Shown: piece after piece, positions 1 through 10,797 of the stretch
Position numbering within the stretch: the stretch's first letter is position 1
Layout of the letters: every line of letters begins with the position of its first letter
Origin: Opitutales bacterium
GTDB taxonomy: Bacteria; Verrucomicrobiota; Verrucomicrobiia; Opitutales; PNEW01
Direction of reading: 5' to 3'
DNA: 64,000 nucleotides
Assembly (NCBI GenBank): GCA_965197745.1
Contig: CBDANS010000007.1
Coordinates: forward strand, 1,280,001-1,344,000
Program-made: the position numbers and the translations under genes
Notes under the pieces: generated by a model
Told to the model about the DNA's origin: nothing
Database searches by the model: none
What the model saw: only the letters and a program-made list of their open reading frames with translations

Positions 1-154
1 TTGACCACTTCTTCTAATATCTCACTTCGGTTTCCACTTACGACAAATTGGATTTCATTAAATCCTCGTTCAATCGCCTGGGTGAAAATTTTTTCCCGGC
101 ACCAGTCCCTGGTAACAATAACTTTTTTTACTTCATTCATAATTATAACAAAAA

Positions 155-1339
155 TTATTCACTGCAAAGTGATTCTAATTCGGCAACCCCATCAGGAATG
201 AAATTGCCCAGTCCCAGACCGGGTTTATCAGGTAATTTCAAATAACCATCATCATAGATTAAGGGGTGTTCAATCAATTTATGGTGCATGATTTTTAACT
301 TTGGCAATCGTTCACCCTCATCGACAAAACTGGAAAAGGCAGGGAATTCGATCATGACCCCGTTACTTAATGTTGATAAAATCTGCAGGTGACCCGCTAC
401 CGCGATAGCCGACCAGGGACAATGGGGAATACAGAGAATACCGGCTTCCTCCGCCCGACGGGCAACTTCAACAAAAGTGCTTATTCCAATCTGTTGGACA
501 TCGGGTTGAATAATGTCACAGGCCCGATTGTCGATAAAAGTTAAAAAGTCACGTAGTGTCGTGAGGCTTTCCCCTGTCGCAATTTTAATATCGGTCTCTG
601 CAGTGAGGGTTTTAAACCCTTTTAGGTCATAGGGATTTAATGCTTCTTCAAGAAAGTAGATATCGAACTGCTCTAAAGTCTTAGCTATTTTTATGGCATC
701 TTTAAGCGTGTACCCTTCTTCGAGGTAACCCATCCATGCGGAATCAAGCATTAAGTATATATCCGGACCGATGGCTTCACGAATGGCCGACAATGTCTCT
801 AAGTCTTCCTGCTTATAAAAGTTTCCCCATCCAAACTTAATAGCCTTAAACCCTTGTTTCACAAAGTTCCTGCTCTCCTGCACTAATTCTTTTTCAGGCT
901 TATGTTTGTAGATTCCTTCACTGAATTCCTTATCCGCGTAAGCGCCAGCGCTGGCATAAACCATGACCTTGGATTGAATCGCGTCGCCAAGCAGTTTAAA
1001 TATAGGAACCCCATGCACCTTTCCCGCTATGTCCCACAGGGCAATATCAATAGCGCTCATCGCATTTACGGCTAATCCACCTTCTCCACCGCGCCCGAAA
1101 TTGCGCGCCTGCCAGGTCTCAAATAATAGTTTCCACAATCGGTTAGTGTCGGAGGGGTCCTCACCAATAAGAAAGGAGCGCATGCTCATTACTCCCTCTT
1201 CGATGAGAGGAGCAATGACATAGGGGGGTGCGGCGGTTGCGCCAATACCGGTAATCCCTTCGTCGGTCTGAACCTCGACAAGGGTGGGGTGGGGTGCTTT
1301 TATCCCTCTAGCTACTACCCTGACTTCTGTAATTTTCAC
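155..1339 (-). CDS. Mandelate racemase/muconate lactonizing enzyme family (enolase superfamily) protein
   Basis: N-terminal TDEGITGIG and SAIDIALWDIAGK motifs; KxK (KAIK); metal-ligand D/E/E pattern (LMLD, FLEE, TGES). Confidence 0.9.
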   Translation of the reverse strand: MKITEVRVVARGIKAPHPTLVEVQTDEGITGIGATAAPPYVIAPLIEEGVMSMRSFLIGEDPSDTNRLWKLLFETWQARNFGRGGEGGLAVNAMSAIDIALWDIAGKVHGVPIFKLLGDAIQSKVMVYASAGAYADKEFSEGIYKHKPEKELVQESRNFVKQGFKAIKFGWGNFYKQEDLETLSAIREAIGPDIYLMLDSAWMGYLEEGYTLKDAIKIAKTLEQFDIYFLEEALNPYDLKGFKTLTAETDIKIATGESLTTLRDFLTFIDNRACDIIQPDVQQIGISTFVEVARRAEEAGILCIPHCPWSAIAVAGHLQILSTLSNGVMIEFPAFSSFVDEGERLPKLKIMHHKLIEHPLIYDDGYLKLPDKPGLGLGNFIPDGVAELESLCSE

Positions 1340-1352
1340 TTCGAAGGTATGT

Positions 1353-2528
1353 TTATTGAGGAATATGCGCTTCCAGTAATTGTTGAAAATCTTCTTCTGT
1401 GCACGAGCGAGGATTAGTTTTATGACAGTGATCAGCCATGCACATCGGAAGCATTGCCGGGATATGATCGCGTTTAGCTCCGTATACGGAAAGGTCTTCG
1501 GGGATCTTCAGTTTTTGATTGAGATCGCGAATGAACGCTAAAACCGACTGACCGCACTCATCATCAGTGAGTGAGTGGGTGTCCACACCAAGAGCGTCGG
1601 CCAAAGCGCGGAATCGATCAAGTGAATAACTGAAGTTGAATTCGAGCGCGGCGGGTAATAATATCGCGTTGGTTGTTCCATGATGCCCGCCGATCACGGA
1701 ACCGATAGGATGGGAGAGTGAATGGACGACACCGAGACCTTTACTGAATCCGATACCTCCGATCATCGCCGCGATCATCATCTCTCCGCGAGCTTCGAGA
1801 TCGCTGCCATTTTCATATGCCCGAACGATACACTCCCTTCCTCTTCGAAGTCCTTCCAGTACCATTCCATCGACGAGCGGGTTATATTTCGGTGACAGGT
1901 ACTCTTCAATGCAATGGGTCAGTGCATCCATCCCTGTGCCCGCGGTAAGGAAAGGCGGTAGGTTTACCGTCAACTCGGGATCGCATAGCGAAAAAGTGGG
2001 AAAAAGGTTTTCGCCCGCGATGGCGACTTTAGCGCCGTTGAGCTTTACGATGATCAACGCGCCACGACCCACTTCACTGCCGGTCCCGGCAGTGGTCGGC
2101 ACGGCAGCCATCGGTGGCATCGGATTGACGACTTTGTCCCAACCCCCTGCACCGATAGCGTAATCTGCAAGAGGCAGGGGATGATTCGACTTCAGGCGAA
2201 TTCCTTTAGCGGTGTCGAGGGAACTCCCTCCGCCGAAACCTACAATCCCGTCACATTTATCTTTTTCATATATTTCAAAACCTTCGAGAACGTTTTCTTC
2301 CGTGGGATTTTCATCCGTGCCGTCATAGATCGGACCGTCCAATCCCTCTTCTTTTAGTTCCTGATGAACATTGGAAGCCAGACCGTTTTTGGTTAGGCCG
2401 GCATCGGTGACAAAGAGAGGGCGACTTACCTTAAGTTTATTTAACTGATCTGCCAGTTCATGAATTGAGCCTCGACCATATAATACTTTATTGGGGAAAA
2501 CGAAAAGATCGGGCTCTAATTTTGACAT
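1353..2528 (-). CDS. Iron-containing alcohol dehydrogenase
   Basis: GGGSSLD, PTTAGTGSE, GMDALTHCIE, HSLSH and HG metal-binding motifs. Confidence 0.92.
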   Translation of the reverse strand: MSKLEPDLFVFPNKVLYGRGSIHELADQLNKLKVSRPLFVTDAGLTKNGLASNVHQELKEEGLDGPIYDGTDENPTEENVLEGFEIYEKDKCDGIVGFGGGSSLDTAKGIRLKSNHPLPLADYAIGAGGWDKVVNPMPPMAAVPTTAGTGSEVGRGALIIVKLNGAKVAIAGENLFPTFSLCDPELTVNLPPFLTAGTGMDALTHCIEEYLSPKYNPLVDGMVLEGLRRGRECIVRAYENGSDLEARGEMMIAAMIGGIGFSKGLGVVHSLSHPIGSVIGGHHGTTNAILLPAALEFNFSYSLDRFRALADALGVDTHSLTDDECGQSVLAFIRDLNQKLKIPEDLSVYGAKRDHIPAMLPMCMADHCHKTNPRSCTEEDFQQLLEAHIPQ

Positions 2529-3493
2529 TGGTTTCTAGGATTTACTGGTTCATTCAGTGCGTTCTGTGGTGAATCACCCCGGAGCACTGTGAGAACATTT
2601 TCACAACATATATGATGGGCTTTCAAGCGTGTTTCTCTTGCTCCACCACCGAGATGGGGTGTCAGAACAACGTTTTCCATTTCTAATAGGGCAGAATGAA
2701 CGAGTGGTTCATTCTCAAAGACATCAATTGCGGCACCCGCGATCTGTCCCTCTTTTAACGCGTTTACCAATGCGTTTTCATCGACAACCGGACCGCGCGA
2801 TGTATTTATGAGGTAGGAGCCCTTTTTCATCTGAACGAGACGTTCTGCGTTAATCAGTTTTTGCGTATCTCTTGTCAGAGGAGTATGAAGGGAGACAAAG
2901 TCAGACTCATCGAGAAGGTCAGGGAGTGTACGGTACCCAGGGTCGTCCGTTTTATGTAAGCGGTGATGAATGACCTGCATATTAAAAGCGCGTGCCTGTT
3001 GGGCGACAACTTGACCGATTCTTCCATAGCCAATGATTCCCAATGTTTTTCCGGAAAGAAGAAAGCCATTATGATTTCCGGGAACCGCCATTTTCCAGGA
3101 TCCCCTGCGAACATAACGATCAAATTCAGGTAGGCGTCGTGCCAGGCATAGGATTAAACCAAAAGTGCATTCGGCGGTGGCGAGGGCGAAAGGTTCAGCG
3201 GCATTAGTGGCCCAGACACCATATTTTGCCATTAAACCCGTATTAAGATTATCGAAACCAGCAGCTGGGTTGGCGACAATTTTCAAATTGGGCGCGCTAT
3301 CCAGTATCTCCTGGTCAACCTGTAATTCTATTTGATTAATGATCGCCTCTATATCAGGAAGTAAAACCATCACCTCTTCCCTCGGCATGAGACTTGTTTC
3401 AGTCCCCCCCACAATTAATTCGACCCTCTCTTTTATCGGCTCCACATAATCTTCAGGAACATTTTTAGTAATTAATACTTTTGGTTTACTCAT
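2516..3493 (-). CDS. D-isomer-specific 2-hydroxyacid dehydrogenase (glyoxylate reductase/D-glycerate dehydrogenase-like)
   Basis: GIIGYGRIG Rossmann motif, INTSRG, DVFENEP, TPHLG; start placed at MSKPKV (inferred). Confidence 0.9.
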   Translation of the reverse strand: MSKPKVLITKNVPEDYVEPIKERVELIVGGTETSLMPREEVMVLLPDIEAIINQIELQVDQEILDSAPNLKIVANPAAGFDNLNTGLMAKYGVWATNAAEPFALATAECTFGLILCLARRLPEFDRYVRRGSWKMAVPGNHNGFLLSGKTLGIIGYGRIGQVVAQQARAFNMQVIHHRLHKTDDPGYRTLPDLLDESDFVSLHTPLTRDTQKLINAERLVQMKKGSYLINTSRGPVVDENALVNALKEGQIAGAAIDVFENEPLVHSALLEMENVVLTPHLGGGARETRLKAHHICCENVLTVLRGDSPQNALNEPVNPRNQCQN

Positions 3494-3505
3494 CGATGGC
3501 ACTAT

Positions 3506-3545
3506 CGATTGCCAATTGCCGATTGTCGATTGCCGATTGGCAATC
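3506..3545. repeat. Degenerate heptamer array (ATTGCCG-type) with inverted terminal unit
   Basis: cgattgccaattgccgattgtcgattgccgattggcaatc. Confidence 0.6.
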
Positions 3546-3639
3546 CAGGCGAATCGTCATAGTGCTTACGAATACCAGGGCACCAATCAAATCTATAATC
3601 CTGGCGTTCTCCGCGCCTCTGCGGCGGAACTGCCGCGCA

Positions 3640-4482
3640 TTAAACGCGATCCCAACGGCTGGGGTTGATTCCCTCTGCTTCACTGGGCATATCAGGGTGG
3701 ACATTGCCGGCAACTGGTTTCCAGATACGCGTATTCAAGTCGCCCATGTAGGTTTGTATTTCCGGGGCTAGGGTTGCGACTTTTTCCGGGTCTCTCCCTT
3801 CGATTTCATCAATCGGACCAGCCCACGATGGGCGGTAACTGAGTAAAAGTACTTCCCGTGGTCGATCCCCAACGTTGGGGAAATTTCCGTGAAAACAATA
3901 CATATTAAATACGACCGCAGACCCAGCCTTACAGGTAACCATGACTTGTTCAGGATGTTCTTTATAACGCAAATAGGGGTTCGCCTGATTATGAAAGCTC
4001 AGATGCGTGCGGGGGATAATGCGGAATGGTGATATTTCCGGTGTAAGATCGTCCAGATAGTAGAGGACACGAACCATTTTCGGACAACTGAGGGCGTGAC
4101 CAAAATGACGCGATCCGTAGTTCATGGCGTCACTATGAAAATTGATTCCGGGGTGGCCCGGCTCGGACCGAGAATAAGAGTATGACATCAGGATGATTTC
4201 ATCACCACAAAGTTCTTTCAGGAAGGCGATGGTGGGAGGGTGGATAATGAGATCGGTGAGCACGCCTCCTTTATATTCCAGGTCTCTTTCTTTTAATACT
4301 TGCTGTTTCTCGCTGTAATCGACTTGTCTAGTTTGAAGTTTTTCTGTTTCAACCTTCAGTTTATTGACATGCTCGGGGTTGAGGATATCCGGCATAACGA
4401 CGTAACCTTCGATTTCGAGGTGTTTTATTCTTTCCCCTAAAGACAAATTCGCCCAGTCGGTATCGGGTATAGTATATTTCAT
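3640..4482 (-). CDS. Phytanoyl-CoA dioxygenase (PhyH) family Fe(II)/2OG dioxygenase
   Basis: EGYVVMPDIL start, HxD (FHSD), IIPRTH, distal His (CFHG). Confidence 0.85.
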   Translation of the reverse strand: MKYTIPDTDWANLSLGERIKHLEIEGYVVMPDILNPEHVNKLKVETEKLQTRQVDYSEKQQVLKERDLEYKGGVLTDLIIHPPTIAFLKELCGDEIILMSYSYSRSEPGHPGINFHSDAMNYGSRHFGHALSCPKMVRVLYYLDDLTPEISPFRIIPRTHLSFHNQANPYLRYKEHPEQVMVTCKAGSAVVFNMYCFHGNFPNVGDRPREVLLLSYRPSWAGPIDEIEGRDPEKVATLAPEIQTYMGDLNTRIWKPVAGNVHPDMPSEAEGINPSRWDRV

Positions 4483-4634
4483 GGGTGGACCTATTACAAA
4501 AATGCCCGCATTGATGTCAAGTTACGGAGCCTAGGTGAAAATACCATCACGACAACTGCGGGACGATGCAGAGCTCTGTCACCATGATTTTTATACACTC
4601 ATACTAGAGAACTTCAGACTCGCAAGCTAAACAC

Positions 4635-5429
4635 TCACATGGGAACGTTTATCCTGACTGGTTGTGCAAGTCTGAATTCCAGCAAAGTATTCGGTGGTAA
4701 CTGAACAGGTTTACCGGGAGTAATAAGCGCGACACCGGTTCCAATAGCGGCTCCTTTTAATGCACCCCCACCTCTATCATTCTTATCGATAAGAGCGCCG
4801 AGAAGAGCACCGGCGCCTACTGCGTGCAGTGTTCCTTTAGTAGCGTCTTTACCACGTTCAATATGATCAGTTGTAAAGATAGGATATAATTTTTCATTAA
4901 TTTCCATCTCAGACAGGCCAATATCAACTGAAGAAGTACCTGCGATCCTTCCCGCTTGTTTGGACCGTTGTAATATGCCGTATACTAGTGAACCCTCATT
5001 TGCAATAAGGGTATCACCGACATATAGATCTGCCGCCAATCGGGTTCTAAACTTTTGTCCTGCTTTGTCTGTCCTCGTGTCTATGCTGTCAACCAGGGTT
5101 ACCAGAATGCTTGTCCCTGCCGGTATGGTTACACTCTTAACTTTTGTCACCCTTGATGAATAGGAAGGATTAGATTCATAAGAGGGACGCGAATAATTGC
5201 TGCTACTCCCTGCTGAGGTGTTCACTAAACCGGAAAAGGTTAAAGCCAGTGCTTCATCTTTAGGTATAACTTCTACCCCATCACCTACCTGGAATCGTAT
5301 GGATTGTTGTGTTCCACCAAGGTAAGTGCCGTTAAGCACCTTGCCGTTTTTCAGTTCAAGAACATCTGCTTGTGCCGACAGAACTAATGTCAAACAAACC
5401 GCAATAATTATAGATATTTTTATTTTCAT
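4635..5429 (-). CDS. Secreted hypothetical protein with glycine-zipper segment
   Basis: Signal peptide ending AQA-D; TIPAGT beta domain; GAGALLGA...GAAIGTG zipper. Confidence 0.7.
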   Translation of the reverse strand: MKIKISIIIAVCLTLVLSAQADVLELKNGKVLNGTYLGGTQQSIRFQVGDGVEVIPKDEALALTFSGLVNTSAGSSSNYSRPSYESNPSYSSRVTKVKSVTIPAGTSILVTLVDSIDTRTDKAGQKFRTRLAADLYVGDTLIANEGSLVYGILQRSKQAGRIAGTSSVDIGLSEMEINEKLYPIFTTDHIERGKDATKGTLHAVGAGALLGALIDKNDRGGGALKGAAIGTGVALITPGKPVQLPPNTLLEFRLAQPVRINVPM

Positions 5430-5542
5430 GGTAATAGCTAAAATGAAAACACATAGCCTTATTGGGCTTAGAGCTAAAAATAGCTTAATATCGATGGGAT
5501 ATCAAGGAGATCAGGAAAATATGCGCTAAGAGCTATCCGTTA

Positions 5543-7096
5543 CTAAAAAGTAACTTCTTCCGTGGTTACGGTTATTACTGTTCCATCGGCGTTTATGAAT
5601 ATTGCTCCGATACTCTGTGTCGGCTGAGGGGTGTTGTCCGACTTGAAATTGTTTTGCGCGATTAAGGTCTCGAATCCCGGGGTCGTCGATCCACTCGGCG
5701 CGACGACAACCGATGCTCCATTGCTTTGCAGAAGATCACCGCCTGTAATTCTCATCCCCGGGTTTCCTGCCGGTACCGTGAACGAACCTGTTGCAAAAAG
5801 CAGGTGCGGCACCGCGTCTCCACTGGCATCGATATCACCCATCGTCAACCGTACCGCGATGGGGACACCCTCGGCAACCAATCCGGTTCTCCCCGTAATC
5901 GCAGAAAACACAGAGTTTGATAACTGCATCCCTCCCATTCCCGTGGAATTAATGACTTCTACCAGGGTAACATCCGCCTGGGCGTCATAGACCTGTCCCT
6001 CGGGGAACAGCGCCTGGTTCACGGCGTTGATTGATCCTACGGTAAAGATACTGAAGAAGGTATTGGAATCTGCTCCTTCGATGACTACGCTGGGTTTGCC
6101 GGTTACGTACTCTACTGCCTGGTTGTAGCGCGGGGGGATGGCCGGTGGCAGAAAAGTTGCCGGGTCAAGATTGACGGTAAAGGTCCCAATACCGGAAAAT
6201 TCGACCTGCACAATGTCCTCATTTTCGTCCATGAATGAAACCCTTGTAATCTGGTTTTCCTTGGCGCGCAGTTTTACACTCTGGCCGGTGAGCAGAACCT
6301 GATCAAAAATGTTACCGCTGGGATGTTGGATATTTTCCCCTACGACATCGCCCGATCCTTCGAGAACGAGATCGGATGCGACTGGTGGTTCACCACCGGT
6401 GGAAAAGTCGATGGTCAGCTTTGGGCGACTTCCTGTACTGCTATTTTCCCGACTACCAAAAATAGTCGCAGCCCCGGAAGCTGATTCATCAACGAGAATA
6501 ATCCAACCAAAATTCTGTCCGGGATCATCGACCCAACTTTGAACATCCGAAATAAGGGTTGGCGAATTCCAGGTTATGGGACCCGATGATGACAAGGGTT
6601 GTGTTGCTGAGGGTGCCGTAACAAAATTGCCGCCTACGATTTGCCAATCCTCAGTATTGAAAAAGGAGAAATTCCAAGTGGCGTCTCCTGTGGTAGCAGT
6701 CGCGCCAGTACCTGTTCCCAGCGAGGTTCCCTCTCCCCAGTCCTGATTCATGCGATGCAAAAAAGCATCGACAGTACTGCCAACGGATGCTGGCCCCCGT
6801 CTGCTTACATTCAAGGTAATAGACACGTTTTCAATAGTCGTACCACTGGGGACGCTACCCGTCAGATCAAATTGCATTAAGGCGCGTCGTGTTCCGGCGC
6901 CCTGTCTCCCCTGTGTTCTCCCTGAAAAAAGATCGCCGTCACCATTGCTGTTATTATTTTCTGAATAAATAGAATTATCCTTTGCCGGTTCGAGAGTAAC
7001 GGTATCAGCCCATGATCGGGGCAGCAAACCTAAGGTCAAAAGTAAGGACAATAGGATTGGACCACTGATAGATAATAAATTCTTTTTAGGATACAT
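5543..7096 (-). CDS. Secreted DNRLRE/CBM96-like domain protein with conserved C-terminal module (paralog 1)
   Basis: Signal peptide (SWA-D); DNSIY..RRALMQFDL..NFGW..SRE..RPKLTI; start at MYPKKN inferred. Confidence 0.75.
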   Translation of the reverse strand: MYPKKNLLSISGPILLSLLLTLGLLPRSWADTVTLEPAKDNSIYSENNNSNGDGDLFSGRTQGRQGAGTRRALMQFDLTGSVPSGTTIENVSITLNVSRRGPASVGSTVDAFLHRMNQDWGEGTSLGTGTGATATTGDATWNFSFFNTEDWQIVGGNFVTAPSATQPLSSSGPITWNSPTLISDVQSWVDDPGQNFGWIILVDESASGAATIFGSRENSSTGSRPKLTIDFSTGGEPPVASDLVLEGSGDVVGENIQHPSGNIFDQVLLTGQSVKLRAKENQITRVSFMDENEDIVQVEFSGIGTFTVNLDPATFLPPAIPPRYNQAVEYVTGKPSVVIEGADSNTFFSIFTVGSINAVNQALFPEGQVYDAQADVTLVEVINSTGMGGMQLSNSVFSAITGRTGLVAEGVPIAVRLTMGDIDASGDAVPHLLFATGSFTVPAGNPGMRITGGDLLQSNGASVVVAPSGSTTPGFETLIAQNNFKSDNTPQPTQSIGAIFINADGTVITVTTEEVTF

Positions 7097-7273
7097 ATTC
7101 GAATTGGATTTAAGGGGTATAATGGGATGTTTAACGATAGCTGAGATAAGATATAGGGCAACTGAAATTAAGAAAAGTTCCAAAATCGTTAGTGGTCAGC
7201 TAAACAAATGCCACAAATAGAGGGCCACGCTCCGTCGTAGCTGCTTAAATATGAGAATTAATTATTATCGTAT

Positions 7274-7357
7274 TTTAAATGAGGGTTACGGTCGGGACCT
7301 GCCATCGTCCCCGCATTTGCGGGGCTATGGCTGTCGGACATCAGTGCGTCCCTCCAG
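7274..7357. repeat. Palindromic REP-like element containing a GCCATAG-hairpin-CGAYGGC insert
   Basis: Minus strand reads GGAGGGACGCAC..GCCATAG CCCCGC AAAT GCGGGG ACGATGGC..GTCCCGACC. Confidence 0.55.
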
Positions 7358-7373
7358 TTTTCGACTCTTCCAA

Positions 7374-8951
7374 CTACAATGTAACTGCTTCAGTGCTTAC
7401 CGTTATTAAGGTACCATCGGCATTCACGAATGTAGCCATAATAATCTGTGTGGGTTGAGGTGTATTGTCTGACTTGAAGTTATTCTGTGAGATCAATGTT
7501 TCGAATCCCGGGGTTGTCGATCCACTTGGTGCGATGACGATGGCTGCTCCATTGCTCTGCAGAAGATCCCCTCCTGTTATTCTCAATCCCGGGTTGCCAG
7601 CCGGCACCGTGAATGATCCTGTTCCGAAAAGCAGGTAGGGCACCGTGTCTCCACTGGCATCGATGTCGCCCACCGTCAACCTTACCGCAATCGGGACTCC
7701 CTCGGCGGTGACACCTGTTCTCCCCGTGGTCGCAGAAAACACGGTGTTCGATAACTGCATCCCTCCGATCCCTGTCGAATTGATCACTTCTACCAGTGTC
7801 ACGTCCGCCTGGGCATCGTAAACTTCTCCTTCCGGGAATAACCCCTGGTTCACGGCGTTGATGCTACCGACGGTAAAGATGCTGAAAAAAGTGTTCGCGT
7901 CGGCACCTTCGATCACGACGCTGGGTCGTCCCGTTACATACTCTACTTGCTGGTTGTATTTCGCGGGTAGGGCTGGTGGGAGAAAAGTAGCAGGGTCGAG
8001 GTTGACGGTAAAAGTACCATTGCCGGAAAATTCAACCTGGACGATATCCTCCGATTCGTCGAGAAATGAGACCCGGGTGATCTGGTTTTCCCTGGCGCGC
8101 AGCTTTACGCTCTGGCCAGTGAGCAGAATCTGGTTAAAAATGTTTCCACTTGGGTGCATGATGTTTTCACCCACAACATCTCCTGATCCTTCAAGAACGA
8201 GATCGGATCCGACTGGAGTTTCACCGTCTGTTGAAAATTCAATTGTCAGTTTCGGTCGATTGTCGGCCATGTTGCTTTCACGGCTTAAAAATCTAATGGC
8301 CCCTCCAAATACTGATTCATCGACGATAAAAATCCATCCGAAGTTCTGTTCGGGGTTGAGCAACCAAGCTTGAACATCTGATACGAGGGTAGGGGAATTC
8401 CAAGTCAACAAAGCGGGAGCGACTTCTGTTATCGTCTGTATCGCGGAAGGGGTGGTTACATAATCACCGCCTGGAAAGTTCCAATCATCCGTATCGAAAA
8501 AATTATAATTCCAAGTGGCGTCACCCGGTTCGGGCAACTCACCCATACCTAATTCTACTTCAGAATTACCTGATTCTCCCCAGTCCTGATTTAAGCGATG
8601 TAATAAAGTATCTATGTCCGTCCCGTCTGATATTGGCCCGCGCCTGTCAAAAAATACAGATAGAGAAACATTTTCTATTACTGCTTCAGCAGGAACACTC
8701 CCCGCGAGATCAAATTGAATTAAAGCGCGACGCTTACCAAATGTGGTACCATCAATCGTTCTGCTTTGGGTGCTGCCAGAAAAGAGAAACCCTCGGCCAT
8801 TGCTGTTGTCGTTCTCTGAGAACAGGGTGTTATCTTTAGCGGGTTCCAGGGTTACAGTATCAGCCCATGATACAGGCATATACCCCAGGGTAAAAAACAA
8901 GGACAGAATACAATATAAGAGGTTGTAAATGGTAATTTTATGCGAATACAT
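7374..8951 (-). CDS. Secreted DNRLRE/CBM96-like domain protein with conserved C-terminal module (paralog 2)
   Basis: Same architecture as 5543..7096; C-terminal ~275 aa nearly identical; start at MYSHK inferred. Confidence 0.75.
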   Translation of the reverse strand: MYSHKITIYNLLYCILSLFFTLGYMPVSWADTVTLEPAKDNTLFSENDNSNGRGFLFSGSTQSRTIDGTTFGKRRALIQFDLAGSVPAEAVIENVSLSVFFDRRGPISDGTDIDTLLHRLNQDWGESGNSEVELGMGELPEPGDATWNYNFFDTDDWNFPGGDYVTTPSAIQTITEVAPALLTWNSPTLVSDVQAWLLNPEQNFGWIFIVDESVFGGAIRFLSRESNMADNRPKLTIEFSTDGETPVGSDLVLEGSGDVVGENIMHPSGNIFNQILLTGQSVKLRARENQITRVSFLDESEDIVQVEFSGNGTFTVNLDPATFLPPALPAKYNQQVEYVTGRPSVVIEGADANTFFSIFTVGSINAVNQGLFPEGEVYDAQADVTLVEVINSTGIGGMQLSNTVFSATTGRTGVTAEGVPIAVRLTVGDIDASGDTVPYLLFGTGSFTVPAGNPGLRITGGDLLQSNGAAIVIAPSGSTTPGFETLISQNNFKSDNTPQPTQIIMATFVNADGTLITVSTEAVTL

Positions 8952-9080
8952 CGCTATAGCCTTTTTATCAAATAGAAAGAGTGACTGTTGATACAGGTAT
9001 TTAAAATACATGGAGTAACCGGAATGACAAAAAATTCCCCCATTCGTTAGGGTTATGAAAATAATTAAAAAACCTGTTGA

Positions 9081-10643
9081 TCAATCCTGAGGGTATAAAC
9101 CCCGGTCTTTAAGAATTTCATGAGCGGCATTATGGCCTGGGATTCCACTTACTTCTCCACCGGGATGCTGTCCGGCACCACACAAATACAACCCCTTTAT
9201 CGGTGCCCGGTAATGAGAGAGTTCGGGAAGGGGACGATTCCAAAACAAATGTTCACCGATATGCTGAATGTGCCAAATGCACCCATCGGTCAGGTTATTT
9301 TCTCTTTCTAAATCAAGCGGTGTTCGCAATACACAATTTTGAAGTGATCGTCGAAAATTAGGAGCGTGTTCATTTATGGTGTCGATTAAACTTTCTGTTA
9401 TTTCGTCACGGACATCATCCCACGAGCCCTCTTTTAATTTTGCCGGAGCGGGAAAAATCCAGATCGAGGCTGTCTCGTATCCCGGTTGAGTGAGACTTCT
9501 GTCCCCGTAGGATGGAAGATTAAAACTGATGACAGGACTTCGAGGAGGTCGCCCAGATTCCAGATCATCATAGGCAGCGTTAACGCAGTGACGCGACGAA
9601 TTAAGGCGCACCGCTCCTTGATGCAGGCGTTCTGTGTCGCCGTCCCAAACTTTCCACTGAGGTAATTCGTCGATCACCGCAAGCAGCTTCATGCAGCTTA
9701 CATGGGTGACGAGTTTTTCCAATCGACCACGCAAATTATTATCGATGCAGTCGGGCTTAATAAGGCGTAAAAAAGTTCTCTTGGGATCGAGGTTTGATAC
9801 TACTGTCGAGGTAACGATCTCTGTTCCATCAGAGAGGGTAACGCCTTCTACGGTTTGATTATTAATCAATATGTTTTCTACTTCGGAATTCAGATGAAGC
9901 ACGACACCCGCCTCCTGGGCTTGTTTGGCCAACAATCGACTTACTTCACCCATGCCCCCCTCGACATATCCCTTGGGTGGACTTTCAGCGGATTCCTCAT
10001 CCCTATCATCGATCGAATTATAAGCAAAATGGAGGGACAGCGGATTACGCCCGACATCAGCGCCTTCATGGGCGTGACTATCATGCTGAAATTTAGAAGG
10101 AAGGAATTCCTCCTGTAATTCCCAGGTGCGGGTGGTAAGTGCTTTCCGCAATACTCCTTCATCTTTGCGACCATTTATTCGAGCCATTACTTCATCATGG
10201 GTGGGAGGTGGTTGTAAGCGATAGGGAGCAAATATACTTCTCAGGTTTGTTTTAAAAGCACCGTATGCTTCTTCTCCTTTAATCTCATCTTTAGTAAGTC
10301 GCCTGGTTGCCAGTCGATTGTTCGGCGTGTCGAGATCGCCGGGGCCGAAATAAGTGCCGTCATTTTGCGGAAAAATTGTGGGTAATACCTCAACTAAATT
10401 CAACCCATCCTCTCGCAACCGGAAGTCGTGTATAATTTTTGGGTGAACCCCATGCATCAAATGAGCACAAGTTGAAAAACGATGCCCGGGCCATAATTCC
10501 TGGGTAATCGCTGCTCCACCGAAAAACGATCGACGCTCCAGAACATGGACATTTAATCCCGCTTTAGCTAAATAAGTTGCGGCGACCAAACCATTATGCC
10601 CCGCCCCGATTATAATGACATCACTGTTGTTTATTTTACTCAA
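9081..10643 (-). CDS. Phytoene desaturase-like NAD(P)/FAD-dependent oxidoreductase
   Basis: IIIGAGHNGL dinucleotide-binding motif; C-terminal GLYLCGAGQHPGGEVSGIPGHNAA. Confidence 0.88.
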   Translation of the reverse strand: MSKINNSDVIIIGAGHNGLVAATYLAKAGLNVHVLERRSFFGGAAITQELWPGHRFSTCAHLMHGVHPKIIHDFRLREDGLNLVEVLPTIFPQNDGTYFGPGDLDTPNNRLATRRLTKDEIKGEEAYGAFKTNLRSIFAPYRLQPPPTHDEVMARINGRKDEGVLRKALTTRTWELQEEFLPSKFQHDSHAHEGADVGRNPLSLHFAYNSIDDRDEESAESPPKGYVEGGMGEVSRLLAKQAQEAGVVLHLNSEVENILINNQTVEGVTLSDGTEIVTSTVVSNLDPKRTFLRLIKPDCIDNNLRGRLEKLVTHVSCMKLLAVIDELPQWKVWDGDTERLHQGAVRLNSSRHCVNAAYDDLESGRPPRSPVISFNLPSYGDRSLTQPGYETASIWIFPAPAKLKEGSWDDVRDEITESLIDTINEHAPNFRRSLQNCVLRTPLDLERENNLTDGCIWHIQHIGEHLFWNRPLPELSHYRAPIKGLYLCGAGQHPGGEVSGIPGHNAAHEILKDRGLYPQD

Positions 10644-10797
10644 CCGGGTTTAAGTCAGGGATGGATGGATGATTTGAACACGCTTATCTTGGTTTTCGAC
10701 AATGAATGGGGTAAAATTATATAAAAAGTATATTAGGACGAAGAGGCAGACAAAGACGAGGACGAAGATTGGTTGTCTATATACCATTCATCACTGT

